55,309 nucleotides of DNA from a virus (Duplodnaviria > Caudoviricetes). Made by a program: the position numbers and the translations under genes. The notes below the pieces were generated by a model. The model was given only the letters and a program-made list of their open reading frames with translations. It searched no databases and was not told the DNA's origin. Where the stretch lies: positions 1 to 55,309 of IMG/VR virus record IMGVR_UViG_3300030107_002626, one strand, 5' to 3'. This document shows, piece by piece, positions 43,775-52,449 of the stretch (its first letter is position 1; every line of letters starts with the position of its first letter).

Positions 43775-44835
43775 GTGAAGCAACTGACGCAGTCTTTGAA
43801 GATGTACCCGCTTCTGCGGAAGAAAAGTTCTTTGGCGTAAAAACTACGCATACAAAGAATAAGAATGCCGAAGGGGGCTCCGAGTCTGACGAGTACGAGT
43901 TTGAAATAATTGATGACCGTCCTCCCGAAGACAGGAGACCCGCTAAGGCTGTTGAATCATCCGATAATGATAATGATGAAGAGCTTGGCCAGTATTCTGA
44001 GAAAGTTCAGAAGAGGCTAAATAAGCTCAAGTTTGACTATCATGAAGAGCGCAGGCAGCGCGAGTCCGCAGAGCGAATGCGGGAAGAAGCTGTCAAGGTT
44101 GCTCAGCAGTATGCCGCTAAAAATCAGGAACAAGAGTCTCTGATCTCTAGGGGCGAAGCTGCTTTGGTTGATCAGATCAAGGAGCGTGCTCAGGCACACC
44201 TTGATGCCGCAAAGCAAGGTTATCGGAAAGCCTACGAAGAAGGCGATACCGATGGCGTGGTAAATACTCAAGAGCAGATGGTAAGAGCGCAAGCTGAACT
44301 ATCTGAGATAGAGCGTTATCACAACAATCTGCAGTCGCAGAATCAGCAAGCCTTAGCCTATCAGCAACAGGCTTACCAGCAAGATGTTGCAAGACGTGCT
44401 GCACATGATGTAGCTGCCCAGCGTTCGCAACAAGTTCAGCAGCCTCAAGTTGAAGTTACACCGGAGGCAAAAGAATGGGCAGGACATAATCCGTGGTTCA
44501 TGGCAGAAGGTCACGAAAGAATGACCGGAGCCGCTTACGGAGCACATGAAGAAGCTGTCCGTAATGGCGTTGACGTTAGGTCAAGTGAATACTTTGACTA
44601 CATCGACTCTGCCATGAGAGAACAATTTCCTAATTATGATTGGCAGGATCAAGGCGGTACATATAGCCGTAGCGCGTCCGTGACTGCCAGTAAGCCCTCG
44701 ACGGTGGTGGCACCTTCCGCAAGGAACAATGGTGCCAAACCGCGCAAAGTACGGTTAACGGCTACCCAAGTTGCCCTCGCCAAGCGGCTTGGATTGACAA
44801 ATGAACAGTATGCCCAACATGCCGAAATGCTCTAA
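43771..44835 (+). CDS. Putative scaffolding protein
   Basis: Acidic N-terminus, coiled coil, NPWF, C-terminal ALAKRLGLT.EQYA; upstream of the capsid gene. Confidence 0.65.
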   Translation: MSEATDAVFEDVPASAEEKFFGVKTTHTKNKNAEGGSESDEYEFEIIDDRPPEDRRPAKAVESSDNDNDEELGQYSEKVQKRLNKLKFDYHEERRQRESAERMREEAVKVAQQYAAKNQEQESLISRGEAALVDQIKERAQAHLDAAKQGYRKAYEEGDTDGVVNTQEQMVRAQAELSEIERYHNNLQSQNQQALAYQQQAYQQDVARRAAHDVAAQRSQQVQQPQVEVTPEAKEWAGHNPWFMAEGHERMTGAAYGAHEEAVRNGVDVRSSEYFDYIDSAMREQFPNYDWQDQGGTYSRSASVTASKPSTVVAPSARNNGAKPRKVRLTATQVALAKRLGLTNEQYAQHAEML

Positions 44836-44847
44836 AGGAGACAGGTA

Positions 44848-45303
44848 ATGGCAACAGAGCGCACCCCGAGAGAAAGTGAAACGCGAGAAGAAGAACATTT
44901 CAGGCAGAATGATAGTTGGAATCCGGCATCTATATTGCCGACTCCCAAACCTCAAGATGGCTGGGTGTTCCGTTGGATTCGGACAAGCATTTTAGGTCAG
45001 TCTGACAACACAAACGTTTCCAGATCTATGCGGGAAGGTTGGATACCTGTAAAGGCGGAAGACCACCCTGAGCTGGAAATCCAGTCAGATTATGACTCTA
45101 GGTTTCAAGGCAACGTCGAGGTCGGCGGTTTGTTGCTCTGTAAAGCTCCCGAGGAGAAGATCAGATCACGAACCGAGCATTTCCAAAGAGTTTCCTCAAA
45201 CCAGATGGAATCCGTTGACAACAACTTCATGCGCGAAAATGACCCTCGTATGCCCCTTTCGGCACCCGAAAGGAATACGAGAACAACATTCGGCAGAAGT
45301 TAA
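44848..45303 (+). CDS. Hypothetical head-module protein
   Basis: 151 aa; FRWIR..REGW..GGLLLCK. Confidence 0.75.
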   Translation: MATERTPRESETREEEHFRQNDSWNPASILPTPKPQDGWVFRWIRTSILGQSDNTNVSRSMREGWIPVKAEDHPELEIQSDYDSRFQGNVEVGGLLLCKAPEEKIRSRTEHFQRVSSNQMESVDNNFMRENDPRMPLSAPERNTRTTFGRS

Positions 45304-45343
45304 ACCCAGAAGGGTTGGCTTCTAATTAGTAAGGAGGCCACTA

Positions 45344-45931
45344 ATGGCTACATCTGCAACCCCTATGGGGGCAGAACCTACTGATACTCTGAGTGCCAGC
45401 GGCTCTTTTACGGGCAAAGTTCGGCATATTAAGATTGCCAGTGGGTACGGCACAGCTATTTTTTACGGTGATTTCGTAAAACTAGTTGCTGCTGGTACGT
45501 TGGAAAAAGCTGCAGTGACGACGGCTGTCGTTGCAGGCACTGTTGGTATCTTTGTGGGCTGCGCCTACACAGACCCCAGCACCAACCAAAAGACTTTCAA
45601 CCAGCAATTCCCGGCATCTACCGCTGCAAGCGATATTGTCGGTTATGTGGTTGATGATCCTAAGTTGTTGTTCCGCATGCAGGCCGATGAGGCTATTGCT
45701 CAAACCGGGCTTGGAAACAACGTCTCTGCGGTTAACACCGCCGGATCAACCTCTATCGGTCGAAGCAAGAACGCCCTAGATGGCGGCTCCATTGCTACGA
45801 CCAACTCACTACCACTGCGTGTCGTTGATTTCGTAGACGGGCCAAGCAGCACTGTAGGTGACACATACACAGATTGTATCGTCACTTATTTGCCGCTAAG
45901 CCATGCTTATGAAACCAAGCTCGGCGTTTAA
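45344..45931 (+). CDS. Putative capsid decoration/cement protein
   Basis: 195 aa, beta-rich, immediately upstream of the major capsid gene. Confidence 0.55.
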   Translation: MATSATPMGAEPTDTLSASGSFTGKVRHIKIASGYGTAIFYGDFVKLVAAGTLEKAAVTTAVVAGTVGIFVGCAYTDPSTNQKTFNQQFPASTAASDIVGYVVDDPKLLFRMQADEAIAQTGLGNNVSAVNTAGSTSIGRSKNALDGGSIATTNSLPLRVVDFVDGPSSTVGDTYTDCIVTYLPLSHAYETKLGV

Positions 45932-45944
45932 GGAGAATTAAGCA

Positions 45945-46883
45945 ATGGCAATTTCAAGAGCGCAAATGCTCAAAGAACTCCTGCCGGGGCTTAACGCTCT
46001 TTTTGGTTTGGAGTATGAAAAGTACGAAGATGAGCACACTCTCCTTTATGAGACTGAAAGCTCTGATCGTTCTTTCGAGGAAGAGGTGAAGCTGTCAGGG
46101 TTTGCTGCTGCGCCGGTTAAAGCTGAAGGTGCTGCCATCAGCTATGACTCCGCACAGGAATCTTTCACGGCTCGTTACAATCATGAAACCATCGCTATGG
46201 GTTTCGCCATTACCGAAGAGGCTATGGAAGATAACTTGTATGACTCTTTGTCTGCTCGTTACACCAAGGCTCTTGCTCGGGCTATGGCCTACACCAAGCA
46301 AGTTAAGGCGGTTAACCCGCTTAACAATGGCTTCACCAATAGTTACCAGTCAGGTGACGGGGTAAACCTGTTTACTGCATCTGGTGACGGTGTAACTGGT
46401 GGTGACGGTCACCCTCTCGTCAATGGCGGGAAAAACAGCAATCGGCCTTCTACGGCTGCTGACCTAAACGAAACGTCTCTGGAGAATGCAATTATTGATA
46501 TTGCAGCCTTCACTGACGAACGTGGTCTGTTGATTGCTGCTCGTCCTCGTCGCCTGATCGTTCCTCCCGCTTTGATGTTTACGGCAGATCGACTGCTTGA
46601 AACAACTCAGCGTGTTGGCACGGCAGACAATGATCTCAACGCTATCCGCAACATGGGTGCAATCCCCGAGGGATACAGCGTTAATCATTACCTGACGGAC
46701 AGCAATGCTTTCTTCCTGATTACGGACGTACCTAACGGTATGAAGCATTTTGAGAGGACCGAACTGGAAACCTCAATGGACGGAGACTTCGACACTGGCA
46801 ACGTGCGCTACAAAGCTCGCGCTCGTTACAGCTTCGGTGTGTCTGACCCGCTGGGCATCTACGGATCACCCGGCGCAAGCTAA
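45945..46883 (+). CDS. Major capsid protein
   Basis: 312 aa; MAISRAQMLKELLPGLNALFG..DGVNLF..LIVPP..RYSFG.SD; strong RBS and downstream terminator. Confidence 0.88.
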   Translation: MAISRAQMLKELLPGLNALFGLEYEKYEDEHTLLYETESSDRSFEEEVKLSGFAAAPVKAEGAAISYDSAQESFTARYNHETIAMGFAITEEAMEDNLYDSLSARYTKALARAMAYTKQVKAVNPLNNGFTNSYQSGDGVNLFTASGDGVTGGDGHPLVNGGKNSNRPSTAADLNETSLENAIIDIAAFTDERGLLIAARPRRLIVPPALMFTADRLLETTQRVGTADNDLNAIRNMGAIPEGYSVNHYLTDSNAFFLITDVPNGMKHFERTELETSMDGDFDTGNVRYKARARYSFGVSDPLGIYGSPGAS

Positions 46884-46888
46884 GACTG

Positions 46889-46915
46889 AAAGGGGGCGAA
46901 AGCCCCCTTTTTGTT
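46889..46915 (+). terminator. Rho-independent terminator
   Basis: aaagggggc-gaaa-gcccccttt followed by ttgtt. Confidence 0.85.
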
Positions 46916-46936
46916 GTAATCTTTCTTTTGGTCAAG

Positions 46937-46952
46937 TGTTCCATGTGAAACA
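46937..46952. promoter_or_regulatory. parS-like site
   Basis: TGTTCCATGTGAAACA; 15/16 match to TGTTNCACGTGAAACA. Confidence 0.6.
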
Positions 46953-47040
46953 TTGACCGCTTGTTCTTTTAATATCTTTCCCCTGACTGTAATGTTCCAA
47001 CTAGAGCATTAGCAGACACTAGCCAAGACAGGAGAAACAC

Positions 47041-47565
47041 ATGGCTAATACCACCTTCACCGGAGCAGTCCGGTCTGAAAACGGCTTTGATGTCGTTTCA
47101 AAAAACAGCACAACCGGAGCGTTTACCACATCCTTTACCCTTGACGGGTCTGGTATGCAGGTTACCCCGGTCTCTCTGGCCGACGCTGCCTCCACAACAT
47201 TGACCGCTGCTGTAAATGGTGGCCGTATAAATCTGGTTGGCGACAACAGCCAAGACAGCACTTATACGCTGCCAGCTCCTGCTGCCGGGGTCTTTTATCG
47301 TTTTGTTTATGCAGGCGCTGCGGCAGATGCTACTGATGCGCTTATTGTTACCCCCGGTAACACAAACTTTTACAAAGGCGGCGTAACCTTTTTGGATACG
47401 GACAACGAAGTAAGTGTTGTGTTCTCCGATGGGAACTCTAATAGCAGCATTCAGATTAATGTTCCTGCAGCTTTCGACATCACGATCATTGGTTTGGATA
47501 CTACCAATTACCAAATCTTTGGGACCGTGACTGGCGCAACTGCTCCCGCGTTTGCTGATCAGTAA
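47041..47565 (+). CDS. Hypothetical structural protein
   Basis: 174 aa; MANTTFTGAVRSENGF, TLPA; beta-rich. Confidence 0.75.
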   Translation: MANTTFTGAVRSENGFDVVSKNSTTGAFTTSFTLDGSGMQVTPVSLADAASTTLTAAVNGGRINLVGDNSQDSTYTLPAPAAGVFYRFVYAGAAADATDALIVTPGNTNFYKGGVTFLDTDNEVSVVFSDGNSNSSIQINVPAAFDITIIGLDTTNYQIFGTVTGATAPAFADQ

Positions 47566-47577
47566 TAGGAGGCATGC

Positions 47578-47985
47578 ATGGCTGATGCAGTAGCTACTCA
47601 AACAATTCAGGATGATGGTCGCACAGCCATATTTCGCTTTACGAATGTAAGCGATGGCACGGGAGAATCGGCGGTTGTGAAGATCGACGTTTCTGCTTTG
47701 TCGGCAGATCCTGTAACGAAGGCATCTTGCACCTCAGTAACCATTCGGAAGATCTATTACTCAACCATTGGTATGGGAGTAAAGATTTTCTTTGATGCGA
47801 CTACTGATGTACTTGCATGGCAATTGAATGCTGACTGGAGCGACACCTTAGACTTTTCTGATTTCTCTGGTGTCCCGAATAACTCGGGATCTGGGAAAAC
47901 GGGAGACGTTGCCTTTACAACTGTAGGGCATAGTAGTGGCGATGTTTACAACATCGTCATGGAAGTGTCGAAAAGCTACGGTTAA
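47578..47985 (+). CDS. Hypothetical structural protein
   Basis: 135 aa, AGGAGG RBS. Confidence 0.75.
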   Translation: MADAVATQTIQDDGRTAIFRFTNVSDGTGESAVVKIDVSALSADPVTKASCTSVTIRKIYYSTIGMGVKIFFDATTDVLAWQLNADWSDTLDFSDFSGVPNNSGSGKTGDVAFTTVGHSSGDVYNIVMEVSKSYG

Positions 47986-48188
47986 TGGCAGCAAAAAAGA
48001 AAGCCAAGAAAAAGGCTAAATCTCGTGTAAATGAGGCTGGTAACTATACGAAGCCAGCCTTACGCAAGAGGCTCTTTAGCGAGATAAAGTCGGGCGGCAA
48101 GGGCGGCAAGCCCGGGCAGTGGTCTGCTCGTAAAGCCCAGATGTTGGCTAAGCGTTACAAGGATGCTGGAGGGGGTTATAAAGACTAA
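47985..48188 (+). CDS. Small Lys-rich protein
   Basis: NYTKP..GQWSARKAQMLAKRYK.AGGGY. Confidence 0.75.
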   Translation: MAAKKKAKKKAKSRVNEAGNYTKPALRKRLFSEIKSGGKGGKPGQWSARKAQMLAKRYKDAGGGYKD

Positions 48189-48442
48189 TGGCCCTCAAGA
48201 AATCCCAGAAGTCTCTTAAGAAATGGACTAAGCAGAAATGGGGGACTAAGTCGGGCAAGCCTTCTACTCAGGGCAAAAAAGCTACTGGGGAAAGGTACTT
48301 GCCAAAGAAGGCTAGAGAAGCCCTTAGCGATAAAGAGTATGCAGCGACCTCAAAGAAAAAGAGGGCTGATACTAAGAAAGGAAAGCAGCATTCCAAGCAG
48401 CCAAAGAAGATAGCCAAGAAAACGGCGAGGCATCGTAAATGA
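48188..48442 (+). CDS. Small Lys-rich protein
   Basis: SLKKWTKQKW..GERYLPK; coupled. Confidence 0.75.
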   Translation: MALKKSQKSLKKWTKQKWGTKSGKPSTQGKKATGERYLPKKAREALSDKEYAATSKKKRADTKKGKQHSKQPKKIAKKTARHRK

Positions 48443-48774
48443 GCTTGACTGACGCTGAAAAGAATAGGCTAAAGAAGGCTGGTCTTAGCGGCCTGAACAA
48501 GCCTAAAAGAACGCCTAAGCATCCCACTAAAAAAGGTGTGGTGGCTGTAAGGGATGATGGCAAGGTAAGGATCATCCGGTTTGGTGACCAAAAGATGGGC
48601 CACAATTATTCGGCGGAAGCTCGTAAGTCCTTTAAGGCGAGGCATGCCAAGAATATAAAGAAAGGCCCTAGTTCTGCTGCGTATTGGGCGAACAAGGTTT
48701 TCTGGTCAGGGAAAGGCGGAAGCAAGAAAAGTCCGCCAAAAAGTCAAAAACAAAAGTTTGGAAAGAGGTCTTAG
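48439..48774 (+). CDS. Small Lys-rich protein
   Basis: NKPKRTP.HP..IRFG..RKSFKARH..AAYWA. Confidence 0.75.
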   Translation: MSLTDAEKNRLKKAGLSGLNKPKRTPKHPTKKGVVAVRDDGKVRIIRFGDQKMGHNYSAEARKSFKARHAKNIKKGPSSAAYWANKVFWSGKGGSKKSPPKSQKQKFGKRS

Positions 48775-48776
48775 TA

Positions 48777-49055
48777 ATGAAGCTTAAAGATATTTTTGGT
48801 GGAGGCGCTCTCTCTCTAGTTGCAAAAAATCCCGAGGTTCTTACCAAAGGTCTTATCCCGGCGATAGTAGACAAAAAAAGAGCAGACAGAAGTGCCGAAA
48901 AAGAAAAGCGACTGGAAGAAGAAGACGCTAGGCGGGTACAGCGACAGATTGATATGGCTGGTGTTGAGCGAATGTTTGGGGGAGGAAAGACCTCCCGTAA
49001 GAGACCGATAGATGGGGCTGCAGTTAAAGGTAAAACCAAGGGGCGCATTGTTTAA
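48777..49055 (+). CDS. Small basic protein with GKTKGRIV tail
   Basis: Start reset to ATG 48777 (GAGG RBS); 92 aa. Confidence 0.7.
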   Translation: MKLKDIFGGGALSLVAKNPEVLTKGLIPAIVDKKRADRSAEKEKRLEEEDARRVQRQIDMAGVERMFGGGKTSRKRPIDGAAVKGKTKGRIV

Positions 49056-49064
49056 GAGGCAATA

Positions 49065-49418
49065 ATGAGCAGGCTAAAGTCAATTGGTAGAAAAGCAAGA
49101 CAAGGCGCTAAGAAGGCAGCAAAAGTCGCCGGAAGAGTTAATCGGATGGCTGCTGACCGTATAGCAAAGCCAGCGTTAGAAGCTCTTGCTAATCCCGGGG
49201 GCTCGGCTCGTGATTTATCACGAGACGTTTCTGACTTGATTAAAGATCAGATGGAGCGCAGGCGTTTCAAGGAAAAGCGCAGGAATTTTGAAAAGGCGTT
49301 AAAAGGCCCTTTAGGTCCAGCAGATGCAATTGATTTTTCTGCGGGAGGAAAAACGTCTAGGCGCAAGCCGATAGATGGCATAGCTATTAGAGGGAAAACC
49401 AAGGGGCGCATTGTTTAG
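49065..49418 (+). CDS. Small basic protein with GKTKGRIV tail
   Basis: 117 aa; C-terminus paralogous to the previous gene. Confidence 0.7.
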   Translation: MSRLKSIGRKARQGAKKAAKVAGRVNRMAADRIAKPALEALANPGGSARDLSRDVSDLIKDQMERRRFKEKRRNFEKALKGPLGPADAIDFSAGGKTSRRKPIDGIAIRGKTKGRIV

Positions 49419-50111
49419 ATGGCTACCAGCGGAACATTCACATTTAACTTGGATCTAGGCGATGCTATAGAGGAGGCGTTTGAACGCGCTGGCTTAGAGC
49501 TTCGCAGTGGTTACGATTACAAGACGGCCAGAAGAAGCATCGACCTGTTGATGCTGGAATGGCAAAACCGTGGATTAAACCTCTGGACTGTTAAGTTTGG
49601 CACCCAAGCTTTAACTGCTGGGACTAGTGCGTATACGTTGGACGGCAAGATCTTTGACATCGTAGAAGCTTTTCTGCGTACAGATGCTGGAGACACAGAC
49701 AGTCAGTTTGACCAGAGCATGACCCGTATTTCGGTTAGCCAGTATGCTCATCTATCCAACAAGCTGACTCAATCAAAGCCCCTTGAATACTATGTAGAAA
49801 GAACTCCCACTGGCATAGTAATTAACCTCTGGCCTTCTCCTGATAGCCAAGAAACATATACCTTTGGTTATTACTACATGGAAAGGATAGAGGACGCAGG
49901 CAAACCTGCCAGCAATAACATGGATGTCCCGGCAAGATATTTGCCGTGTCTGGTTGCGGGATTGGCTTACAACCTTTCTGTGAAATATCCAGAAGTATCC
50001 GACAGGTCAACTTTGCTCAAGAGTGAATATGAAGAGCATTGGAACTTGGCGGCTGACGCTTCCAGAGAAAAGGCATCATTGTTTGTGACGCCCGGAGGGT
50101 ATCGGCTTTGA
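49419..50111 (+). CDS. Putative head-tail adaptor
   Basis: IEEAFER..ARRS..EWQNRGLNLW..LWPSPD..CLVAGLAY. Confidence 0.65.
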   Translation: MATSGTFTFNLDLGDAIEEAFERAGLELRSGYDYKTARRSIDLLMLEWQNRGLNLWTVKFGTQALTAGTSAYTLDGKIFDIVEAFLRTDAGDTDSQFDQSMTRISVSQYAHLSNKLTQSKPLEYYVERTPTGIVINLWPSPDSQETYTFGYYYMERIEDAGKPASNNMDVPARYLPCLVAGLAYNLSVKYPEVSDRSTLLKSEYEEHWNLAADASREKASLFVTPGGYRL

Positions 50112-50446
50112 GTTACGCAAGTGGTAAATATGCTTTTGGGTACTGCGACCGAACTGGGTTTCGGTATCCTAAAAAGGATCTCGTCCCGCAAATTGTTAAT
50201 CAGAAGCCAACTGGCTTGTTGGTCGGCAAGGATGTGGTTGACGAAGATCAGCCTCAATTGCAGTTAGGCAAGGTTAGAGTTGATGACCCTGAAGCCTTAA
50301 GGAACCCGAGACCAGACCAGTCTATGGAAGAAAGCAGACAGTTCTTTGCTTGGAATCCTGTTGGCGGCGGCATCACTGCACTTGGCAGTCGGACTGTCGG
50401 GCTAGACATGACGGGTAAGGTCGGAACAGTAACGGTTGTAACCTAA
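50108..50446 (+). CDS. Hypothetical protein
   Basis: 112 aa; CDRTGFRY..PQL..ALRNPRPD. Confidence 0.7.
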   Translation: MSYASGKYAFGYCDRTGFRYPKKDLVPQIVNQKPTGLLVGKDVVDEDQPQLQLGKVRVDDPEALRNPRPDQSMEESRQFFAWNPVGGGITALGSRTVGLDMTGKVGTVTVVT

Positions 50447-51087
50447 TGGCTTGGACATTTACAACGCTCAAGGAAGCGATTAAAGATTACACGCAAAATA
50501 GCGAAACAACTTTCGTTAACAATTTGTCGGTAATCATTAAACAGGCTGAGGACAGAATCCTTAAGTCTGTTCAATTGCCTGACTTCAGGAAGAACTCGAC
50601 CGGCACAACAACAAGTGGCAATAAGTATTTGTCGATGCCTGATGATTTTCTAGCGCCGTACTCTTTGGCGGTAGATAACTCGGGCTATGAGTATTTGTTG
50701 TTCAAGGACGTTAACTTAATTAGGGAAGCCTATCCTGCTGCTTCTACTCAAGCGGTTCCCAAGTATTACGCAATATTTACCGACTCGTCTTTTTTGCTAG
50801 GCCCCACACCAAACAGTAATTACTCGGTTGAACTTCACTACTTTTATAAGCCTGAGTCTATTACTGCAGCTTCTTCCGGGACTAGTTGGCTGGGAACAAA
50901 TGCAGAAAGCACTTTGCTGTATGGCTGTCTTTATGAGGCGTATACCTTTATGAAGGGTGACGCTGACATGTTGCAACTTTACGCCGGAAGGTACGAGGAT
51001 GCCTTGGCTAAGTTGAATGCCCTTGGTGAAGGTTACAGCACTACAGACAGTTATCGTTCCGGTGCTGTTCTGGCGGCGAGGCAATAA
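50446..51087 (+). CDS. Putative adaptor / tail tubular protein A-like
   Basis: AEDRI..PKYYA..GPTP..LLYGCLYEAY. Confidence 0.65.
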   Translation: MAWTFTTLKEAIKDYTQNSETTFVNNLSVIIKQAEDRILKSVQLPDFRKNSTGTTTSGNKYLSMPDDFLAPYSLAVDNSGYEYLLFKDVNLIREAYPAASTQAVPKYYAIFTDSSFLLGPTPNSNYSVELHYFYKPESITAASSGTSWLGTNAESTLLYGCLYEAYTFMKGDADMLQLYAGRYEDALAKLNALGEGYSTTDSYRSGAVLAARQ

Positions 51088-51368
51088 TGGGAATGACAGG
51101 TATTGTTGGATCTGTTTCTGTTCAGACTACAGAAGATGGCGGCTTGTCTGTTGACCACTGGGCCGACAGAGCTACGAATACCATCGTTTCTGTTGGCCGC
51201 AACAGTCATCCGCTTGTGGCAGAACAAGCCGAAGCGTTCAAGGACGATGTTAGAAACGTTGTTAGGTATTACATGGCTCAAGCTGTTGAAAGCAGTAAAT
51301 CCAGTTTAATAGCTGAGTTAGTGTTTGCTGGAGAAACTGAACTAGCTGAAATTTTGAGGAAGATGTAG
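51087..51368 (+). CDS. Hypothetical protein
   Basis: 93-aa coupled ORF. Confidence 0.7.
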   Translation: MGMTGIVGSVSVQTTEDGGLSVDHWADRATNTIVSVGRNSHPLVAEQAEAFKDDVRNVVRYYMAQAVESSKSSLIAELVFAGETELAEILRKM

Positions 51369-51800
51369 ATGGCTATTACGCAAGCTATGGCTACTAGCTT
51401 TAAGAAAGAGCTTCTTGAGGCGGTGCATAATTTCAAAAACTCCGGCGGGAGCACATTCAACATTGCTCTGTATACCAGCAGCGCCTCTCTTGGAGCGGCA
51501 ACAACGGCGTATACGACAAGCAATGAAGTTAGTGGAACCAACTATACGGCAAAGGGAAATAGTCTTACCCGTGTTGATCCTAGTTCTTCTGGAACTACTG
51601 GCTTTACAGACTTTGCCGATACGACGTGGAGCAGTGCCACGATTACTGCGCGAGGCGCAATGATCTTTAATGATTCCGCCAGCGGAGACCCGGCTGTTGC
51701 CATACTGGATTTTGGAGCAGACAAGACATCTACTGCTGGCGATTTTACAATTCAGTTTCCAACGGCAGATGCTTCTAACGCAATCATAAGAATTGCTTAG
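51369..51800 (+). CDS. Tail-associated structural protein
   Basis: TSFKKELL..IALYT..NEVSG..LDFG.DK..FTIQFP. Confidence 0.7.
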   Translation: MAITQAMATSFKKELLEAVHNFKNSGGSTFNIALYTSSASLGAATTAYTTSNEVSGTNYTAKGNSLTRVDPSSSGTTGFTDFADTTWSSATITARGAMIFNDSASGDPAVAILDFGADKTSTAGDFTIQFPTADASNAIIRIA

Positions 51801-51808
51801 GAGGAGCG

Positions 51809-52447
51809 TTGGCTAATGTTTCGGGCTGGGGCAGAGGTACTTGGGATCAGGGCACTTGGGGCTCGCCAATACCTGTCGAGGTCACTGGCGTTGCCGGAAC
51901 AGGTAGTGTTGGGTCTGAAACAGTTACTGCAGGCGCAGATGTCTCAGTATCCGGTATCGCTGCAACTGGAGCAGTCGGCTCAGTTACAGTTACAGCAGGG
52001 ACAGGGGTTACTGTCTCGGTTACTGGAGCAGCAGGTACTGCCTCTGTTGGCTCGGTTACGGCTACGGGTGCGGCAATTGTCTCCGAAACTGGTCTTAGTG
52101 CTAGTGGCGCTGTTGGGTCTGTTTCTGTGTCTGGTGTCGCTACTTTGGAGGCGACTGGCTCCTCTGGTACAGGATCTGTCGGAAGTGTTTCAGTTGTCGC
52201 TAATGCAGTTGTCTCTGTCACTGGACTGGCGGCAGAAGGTCAGACATCTCCCGCGTTGGTTTGGTCACAAGTCGATGACAGTCAAACACCAAATTGGTCG
52301 CAAATATCTAGCAGTCAAACCCCGTCTTGGACGGCAGTTAATGAATCTCAAACACCATCTTGGGTTAGCGTTTCAACTAGTCAAACGCCGGGGTGGTCTG
52401 AAATTAGTAGCTCTCAAGTTGCTACTTGGGAAGAAGAGGTAGTTTAG
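51809..52447 (+). CDS. Ser/Thr/Val/Gly-rich tail protein
   Basis: TTG start after AGGAGG; G.VGSV.V repeats and SQTP.W repeats. Confidence 0.7.
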   Translation: MANVSGWGRGTWDQGTWGSPIPVEVTGVAGTGSVGSETVTAGADVSVSGIAATGAVGSVTVTAGTGVTVSVTGAAGTASVGSVTATGAAIVSETGLSASGAVGSVSVSGVATLEATGSSGTGSVGSVSVVANAVVSVTGLAAEGQTSPALVWSQVDDSQTPNWSQISSSQTPSWTAVNESQTPSWVSVSTSQTPGWSEISSSQVATWEEEVV

Positions 52448-52449
52448 AA

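Noticed and set aside
51816-52442. 208-aa Leu/Gln-rich overlapping ORF
   Set aside because: Frame-shifted shadow of the biased-codon 51809..52447 gene, which has the RBS
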